This document shows positions 40,733 through 51,346 of a stretch of DNA of 64,000 nt, one piece after another. Origin of the DNA: an uncultured Chloroflexia bacterium (GTDB taxonomy: Bacteria; Chloroflexota; Dehalococcoidia; GIF9; UBA5629); assembly GCA_963754385.1 (NCBI GenBank), contig CAVWGE010000001.1, forward strand, positions 8,575 through 72,574, written 5' to 3'. The number at the start of each line of letters is the position of its first letter. Position 1 is the stretch's first letter. The translations under genes and the position numbers were made by a program. Below the pieces are notes generated by a model. It was given only the letters and a program-made list of their open reading frames with translations. It had not been told where the DNA came from and made no database searches.

Positions 40733-43700
40733 TTAGTGGACTTCTACGAGGGCTGGAACCTTCTCAATGGCCGGAACCGCCGCGTCAATTTGGCTTAAGA
40801 TCTCTTCATTGGTATAGTGCTTCAGTGAAATAGCCGCTGTTGGACACTTTGCGTTACACAGACCATCTCCTTTACAGAGAACAGGATTAACCGTGGCTTT
40901 TCTGCCTTGTGGTGTATCGTGAAATTCTATAGCACCATACGCGCAAGCTGAGATACATGCCCCACACGAAATACACTTACTCTCATTCACCTCGCAAACA
41001 GAACCTGAGGCTGTGAATGTATCACGTGAGAGAAGCGTTAAGACCCGGCCGGCAGCTCCATAAGCCTGGCTAACCGCCTCAGATATATGTTTTGGATAGT
41101 GAGCCGTTCCACACAGGTAAACGCCGTCAGCACCGAAGTCAACAGGTCTTAATTTGACATGGGCTTCTTTGAAAAAATCATCCGGTCCTAAAGAGACCCT
41201 GAATAATTGAGATAGTTCTTTGTTTCCTGCGGAGGGAATAGCAGCGGCAGCTAAAGCGAGCGAATCAGCATCTATAGCAACTTTTTTGCCTAAGATAGGG
41301 TCGGTCACGGTAACCCTCAGAATAGGCTGACCTCCCTCTTCAACGGCTTCCACCTGGGGTTTATCATCCGGCTCATAGCGGATGAACTTCACTTCCCGGT
41401 TCGCCGCTTCCCGGTAATAATCCTCACTAAACCCATACGTTCTCATGTCCCGAAAGAGAATGTAAATATCCATTTGGGGGTTTATCTCTTTTAGTTTCAA
41501 GGCGTTCTTTATAGCCTGGCTACAACATATCCGGGCGCAGTAATTTCTATCTTCCTGTCTGCAACCCACACATTGAATCATCACCAGACTCCGGGAGTTA
41601 ATCAGCCTTTCTTCTCTTTTGGCGATTTTCTCCTCCAATTCCAGTTGGGTCATTACCTTGTCATCTTCCCCATAAAGGTATTCGGTGGGTTTATATTCTT
41701 CAGCACCAGAAGCGATGATGGTTGCTCCATGCTTTATTTCGGTGACCCTTCCTTCGGATTTCACCTTGGTTATGAAATTCCCCACGTAACCGGAAGCCTC
41801 TGTGATGGTAGCATCAGTATATACATGTATTAAGGGGTGCTGATAAACTTTGCGTATAAGGTCACGCAAATATGCTTGAACATCCAGCCCTTCCAGAGTG
41901 TAATGAATTCTTCGAGCCATTCCCCCCAGTTCTGTATCCTTTTCCACCAGGTAAACCTCGTGTTCCTGGTTGGCTATGGAGAGAGCACAAGTCATGCCGG
42001 CTATACCCCCACCAACCACTAATGCCCTTTTATCGACCGGCAAATCGAATTCCTGTAAGGGCTCCAAACGGCAAGCTCGGGCTACCGACATCCGGATTAT
42101 ATCCTTTGCCTTTTGTGTGGCATCTTCCTTTTCTCGAGAGTGAACCCAGGAGCAATGTTCTCTAATATTAGCCATGTCGTAGTAATATTGATTAATTCCC
42201 GCCTCCCGAAGGGTATCCCGGAATAAAGGCTCAAGGGTCTTGGGGCTGCAGGCAGCGACAACCACTCGATTGAGACCTTTTTCCTTTGTCATGTCTGTTA
42301 TTTCTTTGGCAGAATTAGTAGCACATGAAAATAGCTGTTCCTGAGCGTAGACAACATTGGGTAAGGTTAAGGCATATTCAACTGTGGAAGGAACATCTAC
42401 CACTCTTCCGATATTAGCCCCACAATGACACACAAAGACCCCTATCCTTGGTTCCTCTTTGGAGACATCTCTTTCCGGAGGGTATATCCTTTCTTTGGTC
42501 AGCTTTCCTCGCCGGTAGTCAAGGAGTTCACCACATTGGGAGCTAGCTCCGCTGGCGCTAAAAACCGACTCGGGAATATCCATAGGACCCCGGAAGGCTC
42601 CGCTTATAAAAATTCCCGGGCGCGAGGTCTCTATCGGATTAACGGGATTGGTTTTACAGAATCCGTAAGAATTGAGCTCGATGCCGAACTTATCAGCCAG
42701 ACCCTTCACATCAGCAGGAGGATTCAATCCAACGGATAATACAACAAGGTCGAATTCCTCCTCCTTTACTCCATCCTCAGTAGTAGAATATCTTATGCTT
42801 ACATTCTTGGTTTCCGGGTTCTCTTTTCCTAAGGATACGTAGCTTCTTATAAATCGGACTCCGGGAAGTTTCTCTGCTCTTTGGTAGAATCGCTCGAAAT
42901 CCTTGCCGAATGACCGGATATCGTTATGGAATATAGTACATTGGGCATCAGCGTAATGGTCTTTTGTCAAAATAACCTGTTTCTGGGTATACGTGCAGCA
43001 TACGGCTGAACAATAGCTGTTACCGCCCGGGATAACTTGTCTGGAGCCGACGCACTGAATCCAGGCTATTTTATGTGGATGCTTCTTGTCGGAAGCACGC
43101 AGTATCTCACCTTCGTATGGCCCGGTGGCGCATAATAGCCGTTCATAGTCCATACTGGTTACCACGTTCTGCATCTTTCCGTAGCCATATTCATCCCTCA
43201 GCTTAGGATCAAATGGCTCAAGACCAGGAGACAGAACTACGGCACCTACTTTTAGTTCTAACTTCTCCGGCTTCTGATTGAAATCTATGGCATCATTCTT
43301 ACAGACTCCTACGCAAATGTTACATTTTTTGTCTTTAAGGTAGAGGCAGCTTTCATCTATATAAGTGATAAGGGGAATTGCTTGAGCGAAGTATATATGG
43401 ATGGCTTTACTCTTCGATATTTCTTGATTAAACTGATCAGGGTATTGGACCGGGCAGTATTCTACACAGGTAGTACAACCCGTGCATTTGTCCTCTATAA
43501 TGTATCTGGGCTTTCTAATCAGCGTTACCTTGAAGCTTCCTGCCTCCCCTGCTACACTGTCAACTTCAGTATAAGGCAGTACCTCTATATTGGGATGCCG
43601 GCCGACCTCGACCAGTTTAGGTGAGAGTATTCACATGGAGCAGTCATTGGTGGGAAAGGTCTTGTCAAGCTGAGCCATATGGCCGCCAATGGCAGGTGAT

Positions 43701-43849
43701 TTCTCAACCAGGTAAACCTTATAACCCGCCGTGGCAAGATCAAGGGCTGCTTGAATACCGCTGATTCCTCCACCAACAACCATGACATCTCCAAAATTGC
43801 CGTCTGCAAGACTTTTAATGAGCTGTCCTTCAACTGTTTCCTTTTCCAT
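40733..43849 (-). CDS. hdrA: HdrA-like heterodisulfide-reductase subunit A flavoprotein, tandem and very large, with an in-frame UGA (selenocysteine) at 43631..43633
   Basis: Six-frame ORFs 43631..43849 and 40733..43174 are in the same frame, separated by a single TGA. The peptide reads ...[28 protein letters not shown]..., the conserved HdrA CSM(C/U)IL motif. The N-terminus has the FAD GGGISG motif. Ferredoxin inserts ([12 protein letters not shown]) and a second GxGxxG (VVGGGIAGM) lie downstream. Confidence 0.7.
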
Positions 43850-43882
43850 TTTTCTCCGTCCTTATCTGATTTCTTTGCTTCT

Positions 43883-45085
43883 CTAAATCGCTTCCTGGAT
43901 GATCTCTGTGATGTCTTTAATCTCCAGGGATTCACTATCCTTCAGGGTTAACCTGCTATCCTCAAAATTGACGATGCAATATGGGCAGGAAGTAACCAGC
44001 ATCTCAGCCCCGACCCCAACAGCTTGCTCTAATCTGAGGTCGGAGAATCTTTCACCCTTTGGAGTGTCCATCCAAATCCCGCCTCCTCCACCGCCGCAAC
44101 AGAGACTATCTTCCCGCGAATCAGCCATCTCAATCAGTTCTAGACCGGGTACCTTCTTCAGGACCTCTCGGGGTTCGTCGTATATGCCATTATGCCGACC
44201 CAGGTAACATGGGTCATGATAAGTAATTTTCTTACCGTACTCCTTGGTGAGCTCAAGCCTTCCCTCATTAATAAGCTGGAATAAATATTGGGAGATATGA
44301 ACCACCTCAAACTTTGCCTTAAATTCGGTATACTCGTTTGTGAACGTGTGGTAGCAATGAGGCGAAGAAACAAGGATTTTTTTCACTCCATTATCGATAA
44401 AAGTTTTGATGTTTTCCCTGGCTAAGCGTTTGAATAATTTCTCATCGCCCGTCCTGCGGATGCTTTCTCCACAGCAGTTCTCCTTGGAACCCAGTATGCC
44501 AAAATCTACACCTGCCCTGTTAAGGATATTAGCTGTGGCAGTAGCCACCTTTTTTAATCTTGAGTCATAGCTGGGGTAGCAGCCGGGAAAATACAAAATT
44601 TCCATCCCCTCGGTGAACGTTTTTACAGACAGACCGTTTGCCCAATCCCCCCTCTTTTCTCGTGATTCACGCAAGGGGTTGCCTTCGGCAGCCAGGCTTA
44701 CATTTACGGTGTGGATTGGAGCAGGAGAAATCCCTGCTTCCGAGGCAATCCTGCGAAATGATACACTAACATCTATCGTTCCTACTCCCCTGGGGCACCG
44801 CTGCGGGCACCTTCCGCAGGTAGTACAGCGCCACATATCTTCGCCTTCTATCTCAGGCAAACCGAACGTAGCCTGCCTGACTATGTTGCGCATACTAAAT
44901 TTTCTAACCCTGTTCCACGGACAAACAGTATCACATAATCCGCATTGATAGCATAATTTGAAGGCTTCTCCGCCAGCCTCTTTTATGGCATCTATTGCCT
45001 CTTTGAAGGGTGCTACAGTCTCCACTATCTTTTTAATCCTCTTCTTTCGCCTTAATGTTTTAGCCCTTCTTTGACATTCGGGCAA
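43883..45085 (-). CDS. HdrD / GlpC-like iron-sulfur protein (2x[4Fe-4S] plus two CCG domains)
   Basis: 400 aa. CxxCxxCxxxCP x2 near the N-terminus. CCG-type cysteine clusters (..CCGES..; ..CCGGGGG..). Confidence 0.7.
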   Translation of the reverse strand: MPECQRRAKTLRRKKRIKKIVETVAPFKEAIDAIKEAGGEAFKLCYQCGLCDTVCPWNRVRKFSMRNIVRQATFGLPEIEGEDMWRCTTCGRCPQRCPRGVGTIDVSVSFRRIASEAGISPAPIHTVNVSLAAEGNPLRESREKRGDWANGLSVKTFTEGMEILYFPGCYPSYDSRLKKVATATANILNRAGVDFGILGSKENCCGESIRRTGDEKLFKRLARENIKTFIDNGVKKILVSSPHCYHTFTNEYTEFKAKFEVVHISQYLFQLINEGRLELTKEYGKKITYHDPCYLGRHNGIYDEPREVLKKVPGLELIEMADSREDSLCCGGGGGGIWMDTPKGERFSDLRLEQAVGVGAEMLVTSCPYCIVNFEDSRLTLKDSESLEIKDITEIIQEAI

Positions 45086-45587
45086 CGGTATCTATTATCT
45101 TCTCCAAGCCATATTTATTTACCATTGTTTCCAATCCTATCTCCATCTCCTCCAGCTTCTCCTCTTCTTTCTCTTCCTCTTCCCTTTCTTCGTAAGTCAG
45201 GGCATCAGATAAGCACCACTGAACACACATCGGCTCTGATAGTGGCGGATCGCTTTCACACATGTCGCATTTTAGAGGGAGACTGGAATCGGGCTCTTTG
45301 AAAAGCGTCCTGGATGGGCAGGAAGCCCTGCAGAAGTCACACTCGTCATATTCCTTTCCATCAAGCACATATTTGTCTCTGCCAGTGCATTCGGCTTTAG
45401 TATACTCACCTGCCTGTACAGGAAGATATAAGTCTTTTAGTGGCTCATGAATCAGCCGAATGCGAGACCTCTCCGGATTGTTGCTGCTATATTTTGGCGA
45501 AGCGTGAAAGGCGGAGCAGACTACCTCACATGCCCGGCAACCATTGCATTTATCAACATCGATCTTGATCACCTTGACTTTTTTCAT
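45060..45587 (-). CDS. Poly-[4Fe-4S] ferredoxin (AorA-like electron-transfer subunit)
   Basis: 175 aa with several CxxCxxCxxxCP / C-rich motifs. Translationally coupled to the AOR gene. Confidence 0.65.
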   Translation of the reverse strand: MKKVKVIKIDVDKCNGCRACEVVCSAFHASPKYSSNNPERSRIRLIHEPLKDLYLPVQAGEYTKAECTGRDKYVLDGKEYDECDFCRASCPSRTLFKEPDSSLPLKCDMCESDPPLSEPMCVQWCLSDALTYEEREEEEKEEEKLEEMEIGLETMVNKYGLEKIIDTVARMSKKG

Positions 45588-47587
45588 TTTTTAGCATCCT
45601 TCTTCGTTCTAGGTTTTTGCTGACCTTTTCCGTTTTCGAAGATCCCTCTCTGTTCAAAGTCTTCGGCAATGTAATCCAAACCTAATTCGTGTAGTGCCTC
45701 TTTAGTAGGAATACCGTCGTTATTCCACCCCCTGAATTTGTAATACGCATCTAAAAGCTGAGTCTCGAGCTCGGGAAATCTTTTCCTCCAATGGTCTTCC
45801 GGTGGCTTCTCATCAGCTCTTCTCAAGCCTCTTCTTACATTAATGGCTCTAATCAGATTTCGGTTCCTTCTATATACTTGCTTGAGACCGGCTTCATCCA
45901 TATCGATACCGGTGGCCGCAGAGATAAAAGTCGGCAAATTGTGTATATGATAAGGAGGCTTCAAGGGGAATGACGACAAACCGGCGCATATCCCGGTGGC
46001 GTCATCAAGGTAGTGCATCATCTCTTGCCAGTCAACAATGTCAACGGACATGTCAACAGTTGGGTAATATGGATTTGATTTTTCTCCGCGTAGTTCCCAG
46101 TCCAGAAGATATTGCTTAAACTTTTCATCAGGAACCTGGATCCAATCCTTTACAAAGTCTTCTCTCTCCTCCATGGTAGGGAAAGGCGACTGTGGGAACT
46201 GGCCTTCAATTTGGGTAATGTTTATCTTCTCGCCGGTAGAATACATAAGGAAATAAACTGGATTCAGCATTCCCAGCTTGAGAGGCAACTGCTCATGTTT
46301 CTTAATATTATTATGAGCAAATTCTTCCGCACCCTTGCCAATCTTTTGGGCTGCCCAATGAGTGCCATTGGCTAAAACATCTCCTATCCCTTCTCGCCGC
46401 ACAATTCTATCGAGTAACCAGTAAAATCTACCCTCGTTATCCGACGGGCATCCGGCAAAGTCCGCGCCAGTCAAAATACCGGCTTCATAAAGCTCGACGG
46501 CGAAGGCCATAACTTGCGGCGTTGAGAATCCGTCCACTCCATATTCCGTGGCACGTTGCGCGATTCTAAAACCAAAATCCAGGTCTGAAAAGGCCGCCAT
46601 GGTATAAGTAAGTTTCGAGAAGCATTTCATCATGTAGGTCGAAATTCCGGGGACGGAAACTATAGCCCCGCATTTCATGGGACAGTTATAGCAGCTTATT
46701 AGCCGCGTCCGCACATTTAGCTGAGTTTCCTTCCACTTTTCCTCGACTTCCTGGGTCCAAAACTCCTTGTTCCGGACGCGAGAATTTCCCCAAGAGAAAT
46801 TCTCAGTGTGCCACTTCTCATCAACAAGTTTCATCTCTTGCGGTGACCCAAGCCCCGCCAAAATGGGCATTACCCCCGGAACTGGCTTTTCTTCTCGGGC
46901 ACGTATATATTTCAACACTTCGTTGCAAAGCTCAATAAATTCATCCGGTCGGGCAAGATTAATGTCCTTTGTTCCGTGAACAGCTATCGCTTTTATTCCT
47001 TTGTCTCCCATAACGGCGCCTAATCCAAGGCGGCTGGCACTGGACCTACCTTGCTCGATGGAAGCCATATAGACCCTGTTTTCACCGGCCAGGCCGATAG
47101 CTGCCACCTGGGCGTTCGGCTCCTTCAACTCCTGTCGAATAAGCTCCGCAGTTTCATTAGCGCCTTTACCACGGAGATGACTGGCATCACGTATTTCTAC
47201 TTTGTCATTGTGTATCCACAAATAAATCAGATTGGGGGACTTGCCACGAAAGATTACTTTGTCATATCCGGCATACTTCAATTCCGGTGCCCAAAATCCC
47301 CCCATCATTGAATATCCCATTAACAAAGTCTGAGGAGAATAGGAAGTAACCATGGTACGATTAGCACCAGTAGCAGGTGTGCCACATAAAAGACCGGTGC
47401 TGAATATCAGTAGATTATCAGGAGAAAAGGGTTCGGTTTCAGGGGGAACCCTATCCCATAATATCTTGGCGTTAGTACCCAGACCCCCGAGATGAAGTTC
47501 GGTTAATTTTGGGTCAGTTGTTACTCTTTCAATGTTTCCCCGCGATAGATCAATTTCTAAGTTAAACCCTGTCTCTGCGTATCTCAT
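45584..47587 (-). CDS. aor: Tungsten-type aldehyde:ferredoxin oxidoreductase (AOR family)
   Basis: 667 aa. AFOR N-terminal and tungstopterin-binding domains, with strong similarity in 'GGLGTNAKILWD...GLLCGTPATGANRTMVTSYSPQT...GGFWAPELKYAGYDKVIFRGKS'. Confidence 0.8.
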   Translation of the reverse strand: MRYAETGFNLEIDLSRGNIERVTTDPKLTELHLGGLGTNAKILWDRVPPETEPFSPDNLLIFSTGLLCGTPATGANRTMVTSYSPQTLLMGYSMMGGFWAPELKYAGYDKVIFRGKSPNLIYLWIHNDKVEIRDASHLRGKGANETAELIRQELKEPNAQVAAIGLAGENRVYMASIEQGRSSASRLGLGAVMGDKGIKAIAVHGTKDINLARPDEFIELCNEVLKYIRAREEKPVPGVMPILAGLGSPQEMKLVDEKWHTENFSWGNSRVRNKEFWTQEVEEKWKETQLNVRTRLISCYNCPMKCGAIVSVPGISTYMMKCFSKLTYTMAAFSDLDFGFRIAQRATEYGVDGFSTPQVMAFAVELYEAGILTGADFAGCPSDNEGRFYWLLDRIVRREGIGDVLANGTHWAAQKIGKGAEEFAHNNIKKHEQLPLKLGMLNPVYFLMYSTGEKINITQIEGQFPQSPFPTMEEREDFVKDWIQVPDEKFKQYLLDWELRGEKSNPYYPTVDMSVDIVDWQEMMHYLDDATGICAGLSSFPLKPPYHIHNLPTFISAATGIDMDEAGLKQVYRRNRNLIRAINVRRGLRRADEKPPEDHWRKRFPELETQLLDAYYKFRGWNNDGIPTKEALHELGLDYIAEDFEQRGIFENGKGQQKPRTKKDAKK

Positions 47588-47630
47588 TTTTTACTCCCTT
47601 AGGTTACTAGGCTCTAAATAACCCTTCTGT

Positions 47631-48482
47631 TTAAGCCCTCCTTGCGCCTCGGTAGTTCTTGCATACTGAGTCGAAGTATTCATTGGCTTTCTCGGTAAGC
47701 GAATCGTGGTATTCATCAAATAGAGCAGCTGCCTGGGGACGCAACCAATTCTCGGGCAAAAGCTCTTGGGGCAAATCGGGATCAAAGAAGGGGAATTTCC
47801 GGTATTCATGAATTAGCTTGAATCTTTCCACAAAACACTCGCTGGGTTCAATAGTTTCTCCGGCCTGTAATCGTTTCAGGTGCCCTTCTAGCTTCGGGCG
47901 ATACTCAGTCAGGAAATCAGCATACTTCTGGTGTATCTTGCCCAGTTCCCAGCAGCGGGAGACGATCTTCCTTGGGTCAGTATTGCCCTGATGTTGGGCG
48001 CTGAAGACATGAACATATTCCTCGATATTGAGTTTCTGCAACAGGTTCTTCACCTCTCTGGTTCGGTCATAGGGTGAAATCCAGGTAGCCTCGCCTAGAG
48101 CCCCGTAGCCCATCCAGCCCAGCTCAAGGCGCAACCTGTCCCTTGTCTCCCGCATGCGTTCCGGTATGGAGTAGGTAACAATATTCCAGTTGCCATCCCA
48201 GTGGGATGCCTTGCGCTGGAAAATGCGCTGTGCTCCCTCGGTCAGTAAGCTATGCCCCTCACTGGTCAGCGAGTAGTAGCTTTTACGGCTAGTACGCTTT
48301 GCCTTCAGGAGACCAGAACGGCACATCCTTGAAACCGCTGATCTGATAGCCTGTTCCGACAGGCCAAAATTGCTGAGCACTCTGACCAGACTACCAATCC
48401 CGATCTCACCACCCCTATGCAGCACGTAATCACCATAGAGGGTCAGCATGGCTGCTCTAGGACGAAACACAGTATGTCTCAT
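47631..48482 (-). CDS. paaX: PaaX-family transcriptional regulator
   Basis: 283 aa. N-terminal winged helix plus the PaaX C-terminal domain (..LTLYGDYV..GIGSLVRVLSNFGLSEQAIRSAVSRM..). Confidence 0.7.
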   Translation of the reverse strand: MRHTVFRPRAAMLTLYGDYVLHRGGEIGIGSLVRVLSNFGLSEQAIRSAVSRMCRSGLLKAKRTSRKSYYSLTSEGHSLLTEGAQRIFQRKASHWDGNWNIVTYSIPERMRETRDRLRLELGWMGYGALGEATWISPYDRTREVKNLLQKLNIEEYVHVFSAQHQGNTDPRKIVSRCWELGKIHQKYADFLTEYRPKLEGHLKRLQAGETIEPSECFVERFKLIHEYRKFPFFDPDLPQELLPENWLRPQAAALFDEYHDSLTEKANEYFDSVCKNYRGARRA

Positions 48483-48772
48483 GTTCGGTATGGCGTTAAT
48501 TTCACGCTATATTAATATTATCATTTACCTACTGCCTTGTCAAGCTTCCAAAAAGCCCTGTTAATAGTAGCATCCTCAGTCTGCTCCCATCTACCCGCTG
48601 TGCTCTCGAGATTGTTTAGTGATTCTTTAAAAAATTATTTGAACCGGAGCTAGCCAGCCAGCCTTAAAGGTGTTATATTTAGAGAAAGCTGGAGGTCCCA
48701 TAAAGTTGGACAATGGGTAGGTTATGCTAGAGACAGCACTTTGACCAACCTCATATAAATTACGGAGGTAAA

Positions 48773-49525
48773 ATGTCAAAAGATAGAAGCGTGGAGTGGG
48801 TTGAATATACAAAGGTAAATGCAGAAGTCACTGAGGCTAAGGAAAGAGTAGTAACAGAACTTGGTTTATCAATTATCATAAACGGAAGGCATTTTGCCAC
48901 AGCGATGATAACGCCTATGATGGAGAAGGAGTTTATCATCGGGCATCTATTTGGGCAGGGAATTATAGAAAATATTGTCGACATAGAATCAATAATAGTA
49001 AAAGATAATATAGCTGAGGTAACTTTGCCCAAGAAAGAAGATAAGGCAAAATGGTCTCCGGAAATACATTCTGATTTTAAGGTTAGTAGAGAAGATATAT
49101 TCGACGGTGTCAACGCGATCCTAAAATCTAAAATATATGCCGAAACCGGAGCCATACATTCAGCTGGACTGTTTAAACGAGGGGCAGAACCAATTTGCAT
49201 AGCAGAAGACGTTGGAAGGCACAATGCACTAGACAAAGTGATAGGCTATGCATTGATTAATAAGATTGATTTTAGAAATACATTTGCGGCCTCAACCGGA
49301 AGGATGGTCTCTGACATGGTGTCAAAGATTTGCCGAGCGAATATTCCAATTGTGGCGACAAAGACTGCGGTAACAAAGTTGGGAGTCGAAATTGGTGAAA
49401 GGTGCGGATTGACGATTATAGGATTTGTAAGGGATATAGGGATGAAGATTCCCACAGATACGGATGTAAGAATTACAACTGAGAGAGAAATGAAAATTTA
49501 CACAAATCCCAAAAGAATACTTTGA
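48773..49525 (+). CDS. fdhD: FdhD-family sulfurtransferase (Mo/W-cofactor maturation)
   Basis: 250 aa. 'GRHNALDKVIGYA' FdhD signature. Confidence 0.7.
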   Translation: MSKDRSVEWVEYTKVNAEVTEAKERVVTELGLSIIINGRHFATAMITPMMEKEFIIGHLFGQGIIENIVDIESIIVKDNIAEVTLPKKEDKAKWSPEIHSDFKVSREDIFDGVNAILKSKIYAETGAIHSAGLFKRGAEPICIAEDVGRHNALDKVIGYALINKIDFRNTFAASTGRMVSDMVSKICRANIPIVATKTAVTKLGVEIGERCGLTIIGFVRDIGMKIPTDTDVRITTEREMKIYTNPKRIL

Positions 49526-49526
49526 A

Positions 49527-49700
49527 TTAGAGAGCCCTCGGGCTCAGTGCTGGGGCTTTCTCTTTTGCGACTAGGCTATTCCCCTCGCTCACGTGGCTCA
49601 CTAGAACCAACCTCTTTCTCCTCATGAGTGCCACAGAGGCCTCGCGGGGATTCCGGTGGCCTTCGTGGTTGATCCTGGGGCTTCCTTAACCCTTGCCGCT
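49527..49700 (+). repeat. Mosaic repeat copy g (terminator module plus diverged GC-rich core)
   Basis: 'agagccctcgggctcagtgctggggctttctcttttgcgac...gaggcctcgcggggattccggtggcc'. Confidence 0.5.
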
Positions 49701-49759
49701 GCCTTTTATCCGCCCCGAAGTGATAGTACTGTACTGACGGCTTTTATAACAGCCCGATA

Positions 49760-50230
49760 CTAGTAAGAAGTGCTGCCTGCGAAGCTCTGATGGTTGATGA
49801 CAAACCAAATCCCGTTCACCCCCTGGCCTACCGTGTCTCCCGCTGCCAGGTCTTTAATGTAATAGTAGAGCGGCCAGCCCTTGTAGGTTGTCTGCATTTT
49901 TCCATCACCCCTGGTGATGGTGCCGAAGTCGGACCCATTCAGATTGGAGGGAACGACAACGTTGGCCGCATAGAAGATGGGCCAGATGGCAATAACTGCG
50001 TCTGAAGCATTGCTTTTCCCGACGGTATCCTTGGTGAAATAGTACAGGGTCATACCTTTGGCATCGACGAGATAATCGCCAATACCGGTCTTGGACATGG
50101 TCATAATCGTATATGAGTTAGTGGGCGCAGGGGTCGAGATTGGCGCGGACGTGCATGCAGTCACCGCCAGCAGCAGGATGACCAACATGCCAACCAAGTG
50201 AGTGCTACGATGTGACAATATTCTCTTCAT
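49760..50230 (-). CDS. Lipoprotein of the secreted-repeat YxxxD family (PF03640-like)
   Basis: 156 aa. Lipobox (AVTAC). Tandem motifs '[10 protein letters not shown]' and '[10 protein letters not shown]'. Confidence 0.55.
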   Translation of the reverse strand: MKRILSHRSTHLVGMLVILLLAVTACTSAPISTPAPTNSYTIMTMSKTGIGDYLVDAKGMTLYYFTKDTVGKSNASDAVIAIWPIFYAANVVVPSNLNGSDFGTITRGDGKMQTTYKGWPLYYYIKDLAAGDTVGQGVNGIWFVINHQSFAGSTSY

Positions 50231-50400
50231 TTCTCAAATACCTCCTTCCGTAATTGTCACTCATCACCCATCAAATAGTTATAAAATCGGCCATCAAGAA
50301 GTTACAAATTTATGACATTTTGGCAGCCGTTGTGGTGGGTTCGGTGTTTTCTAGTTAATTAAAGGGTTTTACAATTGCCGGAGCAGGGCATATACAGTAC

Positions 50401-50691
50401 CTATAAATCGGTTTTTCCCTGGCGTTCCAGTTCTAAAAGGATGCGGATTCCGTAGTAGAAACACTCTTTTAAATATATTTCCTCCCAATCACGAAGAGTA
50501 ACGATATCACCCCAACTGCCACCGCGAAGTGCTTCTGCAACCTTTTCATGCCTTTTCTGCCGCGATATAGCAGTACGCTCACTAAACGCCCTTGTTATGT
50601 TGGCACCTTGCGCTTTTACCAGAAAATACCCCTCCAGCGGGCTGGCACCTGCCGCCTCGAATAGTTCTGCCTTCCTTGCCATGAGATACAC
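50401..50691 (-). CDS. Hypothetical 96-aa protein driven by promoter/leader copy 2
   Basis: ORF with a GGAGG RBS. No confident family assignment. Confidence 0.35.
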   Translation of the reverse strand: MYLMARKAELFEAAGASPLEGYFLVKAQGANITRAFSERTAISRQKRHEKVAEALRGGSWGDIVTLRDWEEIYLKECFYYGIRILLELERQGKTDL

Positions 50692-50770
50692 CTCCTCACA
50701 TTGTTTATGACCTTACCATATTATAACGCGTTGCTGCTGCGATACAATAAGGCGTAGAACTCCGACCTGC
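50689..50770 (-). promoter_or_regulatory. Duplicated promoter/leader module, copy 2
   Basis: About 82 bp with ~6 mismatches relative to 26494..26574. It contains -35, -10 and an RBS. Confidence 0.55.
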
Positions 50771-51050
50771 TCTCAGACGACTCGAGTAACGTTCGCCCGA
50801 AGGCAGGTGACACGTAGGGGAGCGATTTGGATATTAGAAAGCCTCTAGTTGTTGAATGTCAATACTTGAGCAAAAGTTTCGGCCGGAAAGCCGTCATTTG
50901 CAAAGGGGAGAGTTTTGGTGTATAGTAGGAGTAGTGGTTTCAGTTTAGGTTATCACGTACTTAGTTAAATTACCTTGGATTTGTGCAATTTATCCAAGCT
51001 CCGGATGACCACAACTCTAGCCAACTATTTATAAGAGAGGAGGTCGTCCA

Positions 51051-51263
51051 ATGAGTTTCACAGACAAATCAATTCTCTGTCCCGATTGCGGGACTACCTT
51101 CACCTTCACTGCTGGGGAACAAGAATTCTACACGTCTAAAGGCTTTACCAACGACCCTAAGCGTTGTCTTCAGTGCCGACAGGCTAAGAAACAACAGCGC
51201 AGCGGTTCAAATGGTGGCTGGAATAGCTACAGCAGCGTGTCCGAACTTAGTAGGGAATACTAG
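51051..51263 (+). CDS. Small zinc-ribbon protein (CPDCG...CLQC)
   Basis: 70 aa. Two CxxC pairs and a good RBS (gaggagg). Confidence 0.5.
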   Translation: MSFTDKSILCPDCGTTFTFTAGEQEFYTSKGFTNDPKRCLQCRQAKKQQRSGSNGGWNSYSSVSELSREY

Positions 51264-51346
51264 TTTGGTCTTAAGTACATACATAGGCCGGGATGTACCT
51301 GGCCTATGTATGTTCCTATACAATTTTGAAGAAAGGGGGCACAAAT

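Noticed and set aside
43631-43633. TGA splitting hdrA interpreted as a pseudogenising stop
   Set aside because: The stop falls exactly on the Cys/Sec position of the conserved CSM(C/U)IL motif and the downstream frame stays open and homologous for ~150 codons before the next ATG. Selenocysteine read-through is the more parsimonious reading. A pseudogene cannot be fully excluded without seeing the sel genes.
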